From Chiloscyllium plagiosum (lineage: Eukaryota), in the NCBI RefSeq assembly GCF_004010195.1, contig NC_057719.1:18319438-18383437 (forward strand): a DNA stretch of 64,000 nucleotides, read 5' to 3'. The translations under genes were made by a program, and so were the position numbers. Within the stretch, counting starts at the first letter, position 1; each line of letters opens with the position of its first letter. Under the pieces are notes generated by a model. It worked only from the letters and a program-made list of their open reading frames with translations, was not told the origin of the DNA and made no database searches. Positions 1-13,182 of the stretch are shown here, in pieces.

Positions 1-2046
1 ATTCAAGAAATGAGCTTACCACCAATTTTCCAAGTGTAATTAGGGATATACAACAAATGCTGACCCTACTAGAAAATGCTCACAGCATATGATCGAATAA
101 AAACAAGAGTCCATTCTGAGATCCATGAGCTCAGAATACTTCATTTCCCTTCTTGAGTTCATGAACAGCCTAATCACACTTCCTTAATGGGACCACTCGA
201 CACAGTGCCAAGCACTTCCTTTTATTTGATTCTAGTTAGGAGGAGCAGCAATGTTCCCATTTCATTTCTAAGGATGGGTCATTCATCAATTCATTAAACT
301 CTCCTCTCTTCTGTCAGATGTGGATGGACATGCAGTATATTTCCAATAGTCCTTCAATTGTCAAATCAAATTTCTACTGATTTCACTTGTTGCTTTAATG
401 TTAAAAAAGGTGTTTTGAAATGACCTTCTTCTCTCCACCAACACCCTTCAATCTGTTACTAAAACAAGAACTTGGTTTTCTAAACTATAATCATGCACAC
501 TTGTTCATGTGCTAGTCCATACTGTATTATTTCAGAAAATAATAAATGCAGCAATTCCCACTGGTGGCAATAAGTGACTGGAACTTTCAGAAATGCAAAA
601 GACCCAGAAATCAGGAGCTCATGGGCATACGTGCACAGTGATGGTTTTTTTTGTGTGTGTGCAATTGACAGAATATCCAGATCTAAGAATTCCTTTTAAG
701 ATATTCTGGTATTCCTCAAGAGTAAAGAATCCTTCATACCACATGTTTATCAGATGGAGATTAATAAGTATGTGGCAATGATTATGAGCTAGTAATTCAA
801 TAGGATGATCGTAGGCTGGAATACCTTCTGAAGCTTAAGACCATCACCTGACACTGTGTGCTATATACAATGGAATAAATATTTCAAATGCTTTTCTGCT
901 TATTTTTTAAAACAACAAAAGAGACAAAAATTGTCCAGTCAATAATCAAAGTGAAAAAATGGTGTGAGTACAAATCAAAAGTAATGACCCAGAGAAAGCA
1001 CGCATTTAAACTTCATAGTGAGAGAAATAGAGAAAGGGGGAGAGAGGGAAATAGAGTGGAAGAAAATAAGAGATGAAAGTGTTGTATTTATGTCAAGACT
1101 TTCACAACCTCAGGACGTTTTAAACATCCAATTAATTACTTTTCAAATGCTCTCAATGAGTTTTGAAGGCAGTTGATACAAAGAGGAGACACAGAAAAGA
1201 AATTTTTGAAAATTTGACGAGAGAAAAGGACATAATGGAAGGAGAGGAACAAAGAGAAATAGTGAGCTAAAGGAATAAAATACTGACTGTTATTGCCTTG
1301 ACTCTTACTGCATATTCAACAGAACACCTGCTAGGCTTAAAATATTATCGCTAACCATCGCTACCACAATGACAGCGGTTTAATCTTTCGTGCTTGATTT
1401 TCTCAGATGGACTGTCCAACCTTGACAATTCAACCTTGAATTTTTTCAAGGAGGAACCCAATCAGGTTTGAGTGTGCTTGGGGAAAGTCTCTCTGAACTC
1501 CTTTCAGCTGCACCGATTAGTTTTGTGGTATTCAAAACAGCTTTTCAGTTCTGATTCAGACTTCAGAGCCAGTTGCACTTTGCTGGATCCCACTGACATC
1601 CTCCCTGCTGCACAGGGTAACCAGACAGGTAGACAAACGCAGTCTTCTACATACAAAACCATAAAGTTTGAAACAAACGAGAAATTTAGGAGTCTAATCG
1701 CTCTGACAGGCAACTGACTGAGTTGTACTAATGTTTTACAAGCTGATATAATATCCATTCATGGTGACATTTAACATACATTCTCAAATCTTGGAGAGTA
1801 GGAAGAAACTCAGCTGATTTTTTTTTCACAAGAAATATCCAGAAACATGTAAGCACGACCCTCTTAGGTGAAGCAGAAGGTGTAACATTGAATTGCGAAC
1901 TGATACTTGATCAGTACTAAATGGTTTTGAAGTGGGTGTTGGAAGGCTGCATTTTTACATTAAGCTTTGAAATTGGGAACATCCTTTCATTTTAGCCACC
2001 TCAGTGTAGACCAGATAGGCGCTAATATACACTGCAATGTGAATTC

Positions 2047-2708
2047 TGTAGTGGACTAAGCCAGACCACCCAAAGCATTCTTATGCAGGCAGCTCCAGAT
2101 CATAGCTTTCCAATTTGTTTTGGTAAGTGTACAGTGAAAATTACCCAGAGTAAAATAGCTAGGTTGGCTACTAGATTTTAAAACAGACAAAAATTTATTC
2201 ACAAAATTACACAATGAAACACAAAGAACAGAATAAAGAACACTGACAGAACTCAACTTATCCAACAAGACTTAATTATGCTATTCCGAATATACAGAAC
2301 AGTCCCAATAGGCAAACTCCCTTTAAAACCCAGTATAAATGGAACATATGCTTACAAGGTAAAATTGAAGGGCAGAAAAGAGAGAGAGAGAGAGAGCTTC
2401 CAAATGGCTACCTGTTGAACTCCTCCCAGTTCAAGACTGAACTAAAAACTGCTCAGCTCAACTAGAGAGCTGACCACTCCCCTTTCTTTATACAGGTCAC
2501 TTCCAAAAGTATGACCATTTTGGCCTGAAGGCTCATCTGTTTACATATAAACAAAAGGCCTCTCAAAATCCTTTTCATCTCTGTGCCAAACCAGACTGAT
2601 CAGAGCCTCTGGAAAAAGATTTATTACTCCTCTGGAAAAAGATCAAGGACAGGGTATCTTGAGCCAAGGAACTGCTTTTATTTAAAAAAAGGGACTAGCT
2701 GTGTGATA
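2047..2708 (-). mobile_element. Probable solo LTR
   Basis: Ends are TGTAG...GTGATA (TG...CA with one substitution), with flanks ATTC/ACTC resembling a 4-bp TSD. On the minus strand a TATA-like TATAAAG (~2490) precedes AATAAA (~2195). Internal (GA)n at ~2380-2396. Confidence 0.5.
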
Positions 2709-3055
2709 ACTCCAGTAGAGGATTATTTCACTGGCAATGAGCACAAAAGGAATCAATTCATAAGTTTGTTGTCTCCCAGCAAGAGCTGGCAAATGTGAAG
2801 ATTTTTCTTTCAAAGTCTCTCAGATACCAAGTCAGGTGTGCCTCAGTGTACTATGTGGGCAAGAGGAAACAGCAACAACAAAACATGTCCATTTCAGGTT
2901 CTAATTCTCTCCCCCAACCCCACCGTGAATCTGCAAGAATGATATGAGGCTGTCGCAATCCAGCTCACCCTGAACAATAATTTGTTTTATAGTTGCTGTT
3001 TCTATCGGCAGATTCGGGGTAATATCCAACCTCATCATTTCAACAGATTGTTATC

Positions 3056-3613
3056 GAGTCATAGAATCATACAGAATGGAAACAGACCCTAATGTCTAAC
3101 TCATCAGACACGAACAGACATCCCAATCTGACCTTTTCCTATTTGCCAGCATCTGGCCCCTTCCTATTCATACACCCATCCAGATCCCTTTTAAATGTTG
3201 TAATTGTACCAGCCTACAACACTTCATCTGGTAGCTCATTCCAAACATGCACCACCTTTAACATGAAAAATTTACCCCACAGGTCCTTTTTAAATTTTTC
3301 CCCTCTCACCTTAAACTTATGCCCTCTAGTTTTGGACTCCCCCACCCCAGGAAATTAATCTATCCATGGATAGCTATTCACCCTATCTATGTCCTTCATG
3401 ATTTTATAAACCTCTAGAAGGTCACCCCTCAGCCTCTGATGCTCCAGGCAAAAAAACCCCAGCCTCTTCAGCCTTTCCCTATAACTCAAACCCTCCAGTC
3501 CTGGCAATATCCTTGTGAATCTTTTCTATATCCTCTCAAGTTTAACAACATCCTTCCAATAGAAGGGTGACAATGTCCTGTACAGCCACAACATGACATC
3601 CCAACTCCTATAG
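3056..3613 (-). mobile_element. CR1 LINE 3' fragment
   Basis: Reverse-complement CR1 tail (GAGTCATAGAATCATACAG...) and ORF2 C-terminal DNA; closely similar to the reverse complement of 24700-25280. Confidence 0.9.
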
Positions 3614-3839
3614 TAAAAAGACAGGTCCTTAAAATACCTGAGGATTGAAGACGTTATGTTATATGACTAGTTGCCACCTGCCAAACAGGAAAAGATCCAT
3701 TTCTTCCCATTCTCTGTTTCTGCTCTGTCAATCAGTTGTCAATCCATACTAATTTATTATTACCTCCGATACCGTGAGCTTTAATTTTGCCCACTCATCA
3801 CTTATGTGGGACCTTATTAAAAGCCTTCTTCAAATCCAG

Positions 3840-4168
3840 AACATCATAGAATTCCCAGAATGCAGAGGCAGGCCATTCAGCCCATTTTGCTTGCACCAAT
3901 TCTCTGAACAGCAGCTCATCCAGACCCATGTCTCCCCCGAAATCCTGCATTCCCCATGGCTAATCCACTGAACTTAGACACTATGGTCAATTTGGCCTGG
4001 TCAAACCACTTGACCGGCACATCTTTCGACTGTGGGATGAAACCTGAGCAAACCCATGCAGACACAGGGAGAATGTACAAACATCACACAAACAGTCACT
4101 CGAGGGTGGAATCGAACCCAAGTTCCTAGTGCTGTGGGCAGTAGTGCTAACCACTGGACCACTGTGCT
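3840..4168 (-). mobile_element. HE1-type V-SINE
   Basis: tRNA-like head (rc of GTGCTAACCACT...), central V-domain and CR1-like tail; similar to 46384-46698. Confidence 0.85.
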
Positions 4169-4249
4169 GACCTTCATAGCCACTGGTTCTCCCTTGTCAG
4201 TTCTATTAGTCACATTCTCTAAAACCCCAGTATGTTATGTGGTCAAGAG

Positions 4250-5050
4250 AATGAGCAAGAAGTTTGCAAATGGAGTTTACTGTGAAAAAAAATGTGAAAT
4301 TATTCATTTTGGAAGGGAGAGTATTATTTAAATGGAGTCAAACTGAAGAAAGCTGCCACACAAAGGGACTTAGGAGTAATCGTGTCTGAACACAAGGCTA
4401 GCTCACAGCTTCAGCAGGTAGGAATGCTCATGGAATGTTGACCCATATTTCAAGGGATTTGGAGTAAAAGGGTTGAGGAGTCATACTGCAACTGTACAAC
4501 GTACTGGCATGACCACATCTGGAATACTGTGAACAGTTTTCGTCCCCTATTTTAGGAAAGATATCATTTCACTGGAGGCAGTTCAGAGAAGGTTCACTTG
4601 GATAGTCCCCAGTGTGGAGGGATTGTCTTATGGCTAAACAGGTTGGGACTCTACTCACTGAAGTTCAGAAGAATGAGAGATGATCTCATCTAAACATATC
4701 AGATTCTTAAGGCACTTGACGGGTAAATGCTAAGAGGATATTTTTCCTTATAGGAGAGTCTAGGGTCAGAAGCCATTGTCTCAGAATAAAGAGGTGCCAG
4801 TTTAAGACTGAGATGAGGAGGCATTTCTTCTCTCAAAGAATTGAGAGCCTTTGAATCTCCTTTACACAGTGAGCTGGAGGCATAGAGCCCTTATGTATAT
4901 TTAAGGCTGAGATAGATAGATTCTTAGTCAGTAAGGTAATTACGGTGAAAATTTAGGAAAGTAGATGTGAGGAATGTTGGATCAGCCATGATCCTATGAA
5001 TGGCAAAGGAAGCTTGAGGGGCCAAATGGTCTACTCCTATTTCTAATGAT
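4250..5050 (+). mobile_element. CR1 LINE 3' fragment (nested)
   Basis: KCEIIHFG and PHLEYCEQF motifs, with 3' end GGCCAAATGGTCTACTCCT. Confidence 0.85.
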
Positions 5051-5940
5051 TTTATTAGTTAAGCATGATTTTTCTTTCGTAAGCATATGCTGATTTTGTC
5101 TAAGCCTGTTAATGCTTTCCAAGTGTTCTGTTATCATGTCTTTTATAATAGACTCTTACATCTTAACCATGACTGATGTTAAGCTAACCAGTCTGCAATT
5201 CTCTGTTTTTATCTCGCCCTCCTTTCTTAAATAATAGGGCTACATTTGCCACCTCCAAACCGTACGAAATCGTTCAGTATCTATAGAATTAGAGAAGATG
5301 ACCAGCAATGAATCGAATATTTCCAGGCCACTTCCTTCAGTGGATGTAGATTATCAAGCCTTGGGGATTTGTCAGCCTTTAACCCTATTAATTTCTCTTG
5401 CACATTTTTTTAACTAATACGGATTTTCTTCAATTTCTTCCTCTCACTACTCCCTTAGATGCTTAACATTTCGGAGAAGTTATCTATGTCTTCTTTTATG
5501 AAAACAGAACCAAAATATGTATTTAATGCTTCAATTCAATTCTAATTCCCTTATGTCTGACTGTGAGAGACCTATTTTTGTCTTTGCTAATCTTTCTTCT
5601 TCACATATTTATAGAAAATCTTACAGTCAGTTTCCAAGCTCCCTGCAAGTTTACTCTCATACTTTACTTTCTCCAGCCTGATCAATCTTTTTGTCCTATC
5701 TTGCTAAATTCTAAACCGGTCTCAGGTTTGCTGCTTTTGCTGGCAATTTTATGTTTCCCCTTTTGATCTAATGCCATCCAAAATTTATTTTCTAAGCGAT
5801 GGTTGAGTCAGCTTTCTGTTTCATTTTTGTGCCAGACAGAAATTAATAATTGCAATTCATTCATACATCCCTTAAATATTATTCATTGCCTATACACTGC
5901 CAACCCTTTTAGTAACCTTTCCTAATCAATATTACCAACT

Positions 5941-6250
5941 TCATAGAATCGTAGAATACCTACAGTATGGAAGCAGGCGATTCGGCCCATCAAGTTCACC
6001 AACCCTCTGAACAGCATCCCACCTAATCCCTGTAACCCTGCATTTCCCTTGGCTAATCCATCTGGCATGCACACTATGGACAATTTAGCATGGCCAATCC
6101 ATATCTTTGAACTGAGGGAGGAAACCAGAGCACCAGGCGGAAACCCACACAGACATGAGGAGAACCTGCAAACGCCTCAATAAACAGTTGAGGGTGGAAT
6201 CAAACTCGGGCCCCTAGTACTGTGCTAACCACTAAGCCACCGTACTGCCC
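5941..6250 (-). mobile_element. HE1-type V-SINE (nested)
   Basis: Tail rc CATAGAATCGTAGAAT, V-domain and head rc GTGCTAACCACTAAGCCACCGT. Confidence 0.85.
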
Positions 6251-7119
6251 ACTTGCACCTCATACCCTTGTGGTTCTCTTTATTTACATTCAGGATCCTA
6301 CTTACGGAATCAATTTCTTCATTCTCCATCTTATTAAGCAAGTTTATCATGTTACAGTGCTCTTCACAACGCACCCTGCACAACAAAATTGTAAATTTTG
6401 AAACATTGTAAAAAATATACTTGGTACTAAATCAGTGATAATCTGTCGGTTGCCAGTTAAAGAATTATACTAATTCATTGTTGAACTGACCACTCACTGG
6501 TATTCTTAAACGTGAGCTATTTGCTTACAGTGCCTTGAGTTTAAAGAAAAGGGATAACTTTGCATACTCAAGTGCAATATATGAATACTTTATACAAGTA
6601 TGGTTACATACTTGTGATCCTTTACTGATTAAGGAAAAGAAATTTAATGCAGAAACTGTTCTCCAAATTATTAGTTCTGTAATTCAGTAAGCTGTTTTAC
6701 AAAGAGAATGTCTTGTAGCAGTAGGATGCATAACAAGAGGTCCATGTTCATATTATCCACAGCTTGCACGTCAGTTTAGACAGGCAAATGGAGGTGATGT
6801 GGGCTTAGCAAAGGTGCATGAGTCAAGGGTATCACAGCATGTTGAATATCTGTGGAAATGTTGACTGAAATGGTGCAGAGTACCTTCTCCACTAGAATGC
6901 TGAGGTGTTGCAGGTACACCTCTCCTTGACAGTGCTCATCTGCTGCCTTCTATTGCCTGTCACCCCATTCTGCAAAGTACAGGGAAGAGTGACAGTCATT
7001 GCACCTCTCCTCTGTACCATCTCCCATGCAAATGTTTCCAGTACTACATGAAATTGTCTTAAAATTTAAAAAGAGAGCAGTGGTGCAGGATAGCTAATAA
7101 AATGGTAGAAAATTGATCT

Positions 7120-8095
7120 TGAAATTAAATTGACAAGAAATATGGAAACTAAAAACAAGAGCTTCTATACGTATATAAACAGAATAGTTAAAGTAAGTGT
7201 GGCACACTTGAAGGAGCAACTGGTGAATTGATAATATGAAACAAGGAAATTGTAGATCACTTTTATGGAATGGTACAGTGGCTCAGTGGTTAGCACTGCT
7301 GCCTCACAAGCGCCATGGACCTGAGTTTGATTCCAGTTTTAGATGACTGTCTGTGTGGAGTTTGCACACTCTCCCTTTGTCTGCATGGGTTTCCTCTGGA
7401 TACTCCAGTTTCCTCCCATAATCCAAAGATATGCAGGCTAGGTGAATTCGCCTTGCCAAATTGCCCATAGTGTTCAGGGATGTACAGGCTAGGTGCATGA
7501 GTCACAGGTAAATATTGGGGAATGGGTTTGAGTAAGATACTCTTTGCAGGGTCAGTGTAGACTTGTTGGGCTGAAGGGCCTGTTTCCACACAGTAGGGAT
7601 TCTAATTCTAAACATAAAACTAATATTTTACATTGATCTTCATGGTAGTGAACACAACAGACATCCCAAGGTTATCAGATAAACAAGGTACTGGTGAGAA
7701 GACAGATCTCATAACGATCCCTTTCAAGAGAGGCAAATTATTTGATAATTAGTGGGACCAAAGATAGACAACTTGTTAGGTCAGCCTGCAAATAAGGGTT
7801 TTAAAGGAAATGGCTGCAGAGATAGTGGAGGTATTGATAGAAATATTCCAGAACAAATTGGATTATAGGGTTCCAAGGGATTGGAAAACTGTGCGATTCC
7901 CCTGTACAAGAAGGGAGGCAGACAGAAAGCAGAGAACTGCAGACTAATTAGCCTAACATCTGTAGTTAGGAAAGTGCTAGAGTTCAATATTAAGCAAAAA
8001 ATAGAAAGGTTTAATGCAATCAAACAGAGTCAACAAGGTTTAGCGAAAGGGAGACGATGCTTGACAAATTTATTAGAGATCTTCAAGGACAATTA
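7120..8095 (+). mobile_element. Degenerate CR1 ORF2 fragment interrupted by a SINE
   Basis: IPLYKKGGRQKAENCRLISLTSVVRKVLE...QSQQG..KGRRCLTNLLE (ORF 7881-8096) is the CR1 RT N-terminal region. Confidence 0.85.
7272..7610 (+). mobile_element. HE1-type V-SINE
   Basis: A-box TGGCTCAGTGG, V-domain and tail GGGCTGAAGGGCCTGTTTCCACAC. Confidence 0.9.
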
Positions 8096-9050
8096 AGGAA
8101 GGATAGCAAACACTGGAATTACCAATGAAGCCCACATCTCATTAAGGAAATGAAAACAAAGCTGTGGATTCTCTGATTCCCATAAGTCATGCTGCCTATG
8201 ATTTTATTTCTTGATCCATTTTATGTGTAACATGCATTAATCTTCATTCGTTTTGCCTGGATATTAATGCACTTTTTGAATAAATTACTTCATGTTCATC
8301 CTACTTACTTCTACCACCTTGGCTCTTTTCTATTATTGTGTGGGATAGTTAGAATGTGTTTGGTCAGAGTGCATCTTGCACCCATTATAGGTCAATTGGT
8401 AACATATTCCTTCTGATCTTTTAAATAATCCATTTAATCAGATTTTCCTTTTAATTTTGTGTGTTTTGGAATCTGTGAGTCAATCAGCAGTGTTAGTCCT
8501 TGTCACCACAATTACAGGGTTCAAATGAGTTGGTGGGTCTGATGCACAATTCTCCCTCCAGGCTAATGATAGTTATAAAGTTTTCTTTACTCTGTCAGCA
8601 GTCTGCTGAATCCATTCTCATCTTGCATTGGTCACCCGAACAACCTTCTATTTTTACTTTTTGGTCTCCTTTCATTTTTCCATGATTAAAATCAGGGCGA
8701 TTCAGTCTGCAATTGAAACGTATGTGAATCCCCCCCCCCCACACACCCCCTCCACCCACTCAGTTATATCCCTGTCATTTACTGGCTTAGACCTCAGTGA
8801 TCTGAGGATAAGAAGGGGAAAAAAATCATCTGCGTGTACAGACACCACTGTTCACAGATGGAATAGCAAAGACTGGTGTATTCTCCTATCAATCATGTCT
8901 CCTATCAAACAGGAAATTTGGCACATCTGTAAAGACTCTTGCCAGTTTTTATAGATGCGTCATTGAAAGTATTCTATCCGGAAGCAACTGCTTCGCCCAG
9001 GACTGTAAGAAACTATGGAGAGTTGTGAACACAGCCCTATCCATCATATC

Positions 9051-9330
9051 GGTAAAAACAATGACTGCAGATGCTGGAAACCAGAGTCTAGACTCGAGTG
9101 GTGCTGGAAAAGCACAGCAGTTCAGGCAGCATCCGAGGAGCAGTAAAATCGACGTTTCGGGCAAAAGCCCTTCATCAGGAATACAGGCAGAGAGCCTGAA
9201 GGGTCGAGAGATAAGTGAGAGGAGGGTGGGAGTGGGGAGAAAGTAGCATAGAGTACAATAGGATTTTACTGCTCCTCGGATGCTGCCTGAACTGCTGTGC
9301 TTTTCCAGCATCACTCTAATCGCGACCCTG
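9051..9330 (-). mobile_element. Penelope-like element (family A), short fold-back insertion
   Basis: ACTGCAGATGCTGG terminus and inverted arms (~9085-9150 vs 9262-9330). The TSD ATCCATCATATC occurs at 9039-9050 and 9331-9342. Confidence 0.75.
9145..9182 (-). ncRNA. Minimal type I hammerhead ribozyme motif (PLE-type)
   Basis: Minus strand reads AUUC-CUGAUGA-A-GGGC-UUUU-GCCC-GAAAC-GUC-GAUU: intact core, 4-bp stem II, palindromic ACGU stem III and GUC cleavage triplet. Confidence 0.75.
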
Positions 9331-9984
9331 ATCCATCATATCACCAGCATTCCATCCATTGACTCCATCTACACTTTTCGCTGCTTTGGGAAGGCAGCCA
9401 ACATCATCAAAGATCTCTTCCGCCCTGTTATAATCACTTCCAACCTCTTCCGTCAGGAAGAACATACAATAGCTTAAGCAAATAAACCAACAGATTCAAG
9501 AAAAGCTGTTATTTGCCTTCTGAATGGACCGCTCAAATTTTAAATTTAATGTTGACCTCGTACTTTGTGTTCCTTCTCTGCAGTCGTGACTTTGGAGACC
9601 TCGCTCTGTTCCCTAATGCACTTTGTTCGGTATGATCTGCCTGTACTGCATGCAGAACAAAATTTTCATTGTACCTAGGTACATGTGGCAATAACAAATC
9701 AAATCAAAGAATATCAAGAAATTTGCAGACCATAATATTGGAAGTGACTGTGTTTCATGTTCTGTACCTAACCAAACACTCCTATAGCCAGACAGTCATT
9801 TCTGCAGCATTGACTGGATTTGGGCATGGAGGCCATATGGTGTTCCTGGTGCAGCAAACTCAGAGAATTGCCTGGGAAATTGAAAATCCTGATCAACAAT
9901 GCCCCTAATCTGGAAACTTTCAAAAGAAGCCCCTTAAAACCAGACAATCCAAGAGGTTCCAAACTCATATCAGCTTCAAACTTA

Positions 9985-10303
9985 TCTTGGCATCACCCTT
10001 TTGTCCTGTCCCACCTGTCCATCTTCCTTTCCACCTACTGGCTCCACACTCCCCAGCAACCTATCACGTTTACTCCCAATCTGCATCCACCTATCACCTA
10101 CTCAGCTATCTTCCCCCAGCCCAACCTCTACCCCCAATCCCGTATTTATCTCTCAGTCCCCTTCCCTCTCTAAATTCCTGATGAAGAGCTTATGCCCAAA
10201 ATGTTAACTCTGCTGCTCCTCAGATGCTGTCTGACCTGCTGTGCTTTTCTAGCACCACACTTTTCGACTCTGACTCTCCAACATCTGCAACCTCACTTTC
10301 TCC
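9985..10303 (+). mobile_element. PLE family A 3' region
   Basis: C-rich 3' region, degenerate hammerhead CTGATGAAGAGCTTATGCCCAAAATG (10178) and terminus CATCTGCAACCTCACTTTCTCC. A partial second copy lies at ~10745-10815. Confidence 0.7.
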
Positions 10304-11154
10304 TGATCGTTATCTAGTAAAGTTTAGTGCACTTAAAAGCTACTCTAACTCCTGCATTGCAATTAATCTGGACCCATGACTAACAACTGCCAACAGACAC
10401 CAACATCAACCCCACCCCTGAGCATAGTCCCCCATTACTTGGCCATCCCTACCTGCTGGCTCCTATACCTCATGCTAACCTGTTATCCCTACGCCCAACA
10501 CAACACCATCCCTGTCTTAAAATGACCATTACATCCATACCCAACACTTGGATCCAATTGGATATCCTTCTATCACCCCAGATCCTCTTTCCTGACCTGA
10601 CCACAACACCACTCAATCTAACATGATGCCCAAAGACACAAACTGCTCACAACATGATCCAGTACTGCCATAGCTGCCCAACCCAACACACATCCACAGT
10701 CTGAAACCACCTACTTAACTCAATATGTGCTCTGATATACACAAGCACTCAGCCCCCAACCCCCATTTATCTCTCAGTCTCCTTCCCCCTCCAAATTCCT
10801 GATGAAGGGCTTATCCCCTTTCCCACCTGAGAACAAGCTTTTCACCCACCGGGCATCCTATGCTCTCAACCAGCTGCCACATTACTACTTTCCCTACCCA
10901 CTTACCATCTCCCTTTCCTTTTTCTGAGCAGCTTTCTAAGTGGCTCTGGGCTCTTTAAACAATATAACTACTGCTGCTGCGTTGAGCAGATTTCTCCATA
11001 GTTTCCTCCTATAGGCTCAACCGGGATTGGCCAGAATTGGAATTCTGACCAGAAAAATAGGTAATAGGTAAGCAGGTGCTCTTCAAAAAGATTATTGTGG
11101 GTTGAATATGTTCCAATGGAAATGCGAAAATCAGCGTGTCTGTACCTATCTGCA

Positions 11155-11601
11155 TAGAGTCATAGAGCCATAGAGATGTACAGCATGGAAACAGACCCTT
11201 CAATCCAAATCATTCATGCTGACCAGATATCCTAAATTAATCTAGATATCCTAAATTAACCATTTGCCAAGATTTTGCCCATATCCCTCCAAACCCTTCT
11301 TATTCATATACCCATCCAGATGCCTTTTAACTGTTGTAATTGTACCAGCCTCCACCACTTCTTCTGGCAGCTAATTCCATACGTGCACCAACCTCTGCCT
11401 GAAAAGATTGCCCTATAGGTCTCTTTTAAATCTTTCCCCTTTCACCTTTAACCTATGTCCTCTGGTTCTGGATTCTGCCACCCTTAGAAAAAGGCCTTGG
11501 CTTTTCACCCTATTCATGCATCTCCTGTTCACCCATCAGCCTCCAGGGAAAATAGCCCCAACATATTCAGCCTCTCCCTTTCGCTCAAACCCTCCAATCC
11601 T
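11155..11601 (-). mobile_element. CR1 LINE 3' fragment
   Basis: rc tail CATAGAGTCATAGAGCCATAGAG plus ORF2 end; same family as 3056-3613. Confidence 0.9.
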
Positions 11602-12229
11602 GATGTTGCTGGAGAAATCACTAGTCCAGGAAGAGACAGTGCTGCAGTGTTCCTCAAGTGTAAGTTTGAAGTTGATAGAGGTTCATTTTAATTAGCATCT
11701 GGCAAAGAGATTCGCTTAGCATTGGCTAATTGCTGGCATATCCTGCTCCTTGCCATAGACCGACCCCCAACCCATCCAGCTCATTGATTGATACAGTGAT
11801 GTTAATAAACACAGAGTAATAATTAGCCTGTCTTCCTGTTCAACTTTCTCTGCGTCTTACTGGGAAGCATATATGTTGATGGACAGGATTGTGATTGACT
11901 TAGACACTCCCATGAATGAACAGCATGCCAAGAATCATTAGCAAAGTTTTCACTGACATGTCACAGAAATATAGATAACTCTACAGATGTAGATTCAGTC
12001 CAATCTTTCAAAAACGAGACCATTTGATTTTTTTTGCTCAGTCACAGTGCCAAGGCAGGTAAAGGAAATTAAGATGCAGCTCTGTCATGATTCCATTGAA
12101 TGGCAGAACTGGTATGAGGAGCTGAATAGTGTCCACCTGTTTCTTCATCCCATGGCCTCAGGCATTGGTCAGGATTTCCTGGAAAAGCAGGTGTAGACCA
12201 TTACCTGATTGTCAGAACATTTGCTCCTC

Positions 12230-12400
12230 TGATCCTTGGGGTCAAAATCTCGGAATTCCCTCCTAGCAACATTGTAGGTCATCCACAGTAGTTGGATTGC
12301 AGCAGTTCAAGAAGTCAGTTCACCACCATCTCAGAGGTAGCAAGGGCTGGGTGGTAAATGCTGGCCCTGCTAATGGTGTCCAAATACACTGAATAAACAA
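12230..12400 (+). mobile_element. L2/CR1-group LINE 3' end (second tail type)
   Basis: GLQQFKKSVHHHL-like ORF end followed by AAATGCTGGCC tail. Related pieces at ~14780-14970 (+), 37405-37630 (-) and 55485-55560 (+). Confidence 0.6.
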
Positions 12401-13182
12401 AATTTACAGTAAATGCCAAGGCACGACTTAAGAAGCGTTCATGGCTCAGTAAACATAACTATCTTAACAACAAAATTCAACTGCAGATTTCTTTCTATGA
12501 ATGGGGTCAATAGAATGGTTTGTATTCACGAGTGAATGGAATAAAGAAAAGATTTGCTATCTTGCTGGTTGTCAGCGATTAGTCCCTGCTATTGTCTCTT
12601 TCATTTCGTCATGTGAAATACAGGAAAGAATAATAATTGCTCGATCCTAATTGGCCATGACAAGATGCCAGTGCATTGTGATCTTGTATCATTGAAAACT
12701 AATATGGTGTAGGGATGTCCAGGATGCTGTTAGAGATGCAGGATGTCAACTCTGTGAAAGTGAATGAATGGCAATGTCAGAATGGTGCATAACTGGAGAG
12801 GAACTTGCTAATGGTGGCCTTCCCATGGATCTACTGCCTTTATTGTTCCTGACATTGGAAGTCATACATTTGTACGGTACTATTGCAAAAACCTTAACCT
12901 GCACACTCGATTTTAGATTCTGTGTTCCCGCCCATTCCAACCTGTTTCGCACAACAGACTTACCATCAGAATCAGCATGATGCATGCAGGATCCTTATTC
13001 AAATAAATCTGTTTTTACTTACTATTCTTAATTTCTTTGTCGGCTTGTTTATTTTTTAGCAGGCACTTATTTACAGTGGTGGACTATTTTTGCTAATTTT
13101 CTTATTAATCTTGTAATTATATTTTAGTACGGTCACCTGATCCACAATGTGCCAGTCTGTGTGGTGTTTAGTATCTGAGGAC

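Larger units (their letters stand above)
3670..6360 (-). mobile_element. Old CR1 LINE ORF2 (EN-RT), interrupted by three younger insertions
   Basis: Minus-strand peptides LDLKKAFNKVPH (~3800-3838), NVTNRTDKGEPVAM (~4172-4220) and QNQH..KEKSCLT (~5060-5100) are consecutive RT motifs, split by SINE/LINE inserts. Confidence 0.8.
8950..9708 (+). mobile_element. Rex1/Babar-type LINE 3' fragment interrupted by a PLE
   Basis: YRCVIESILS...QDCKKLWRVVNTALSI and SIDSIYTFRCFGKAANIIKD motifs; (AAATC)n tail; similar to 26008-26245 and 29450-29690. Confidence 0.75.

Noticed and set aside
10380..10920. C/A-rich tract as a structured repeat or coding region
   Set aside because: No consistent unit or ORF; it includes a PLE fragment and otherwise looks like low-complexity decay.
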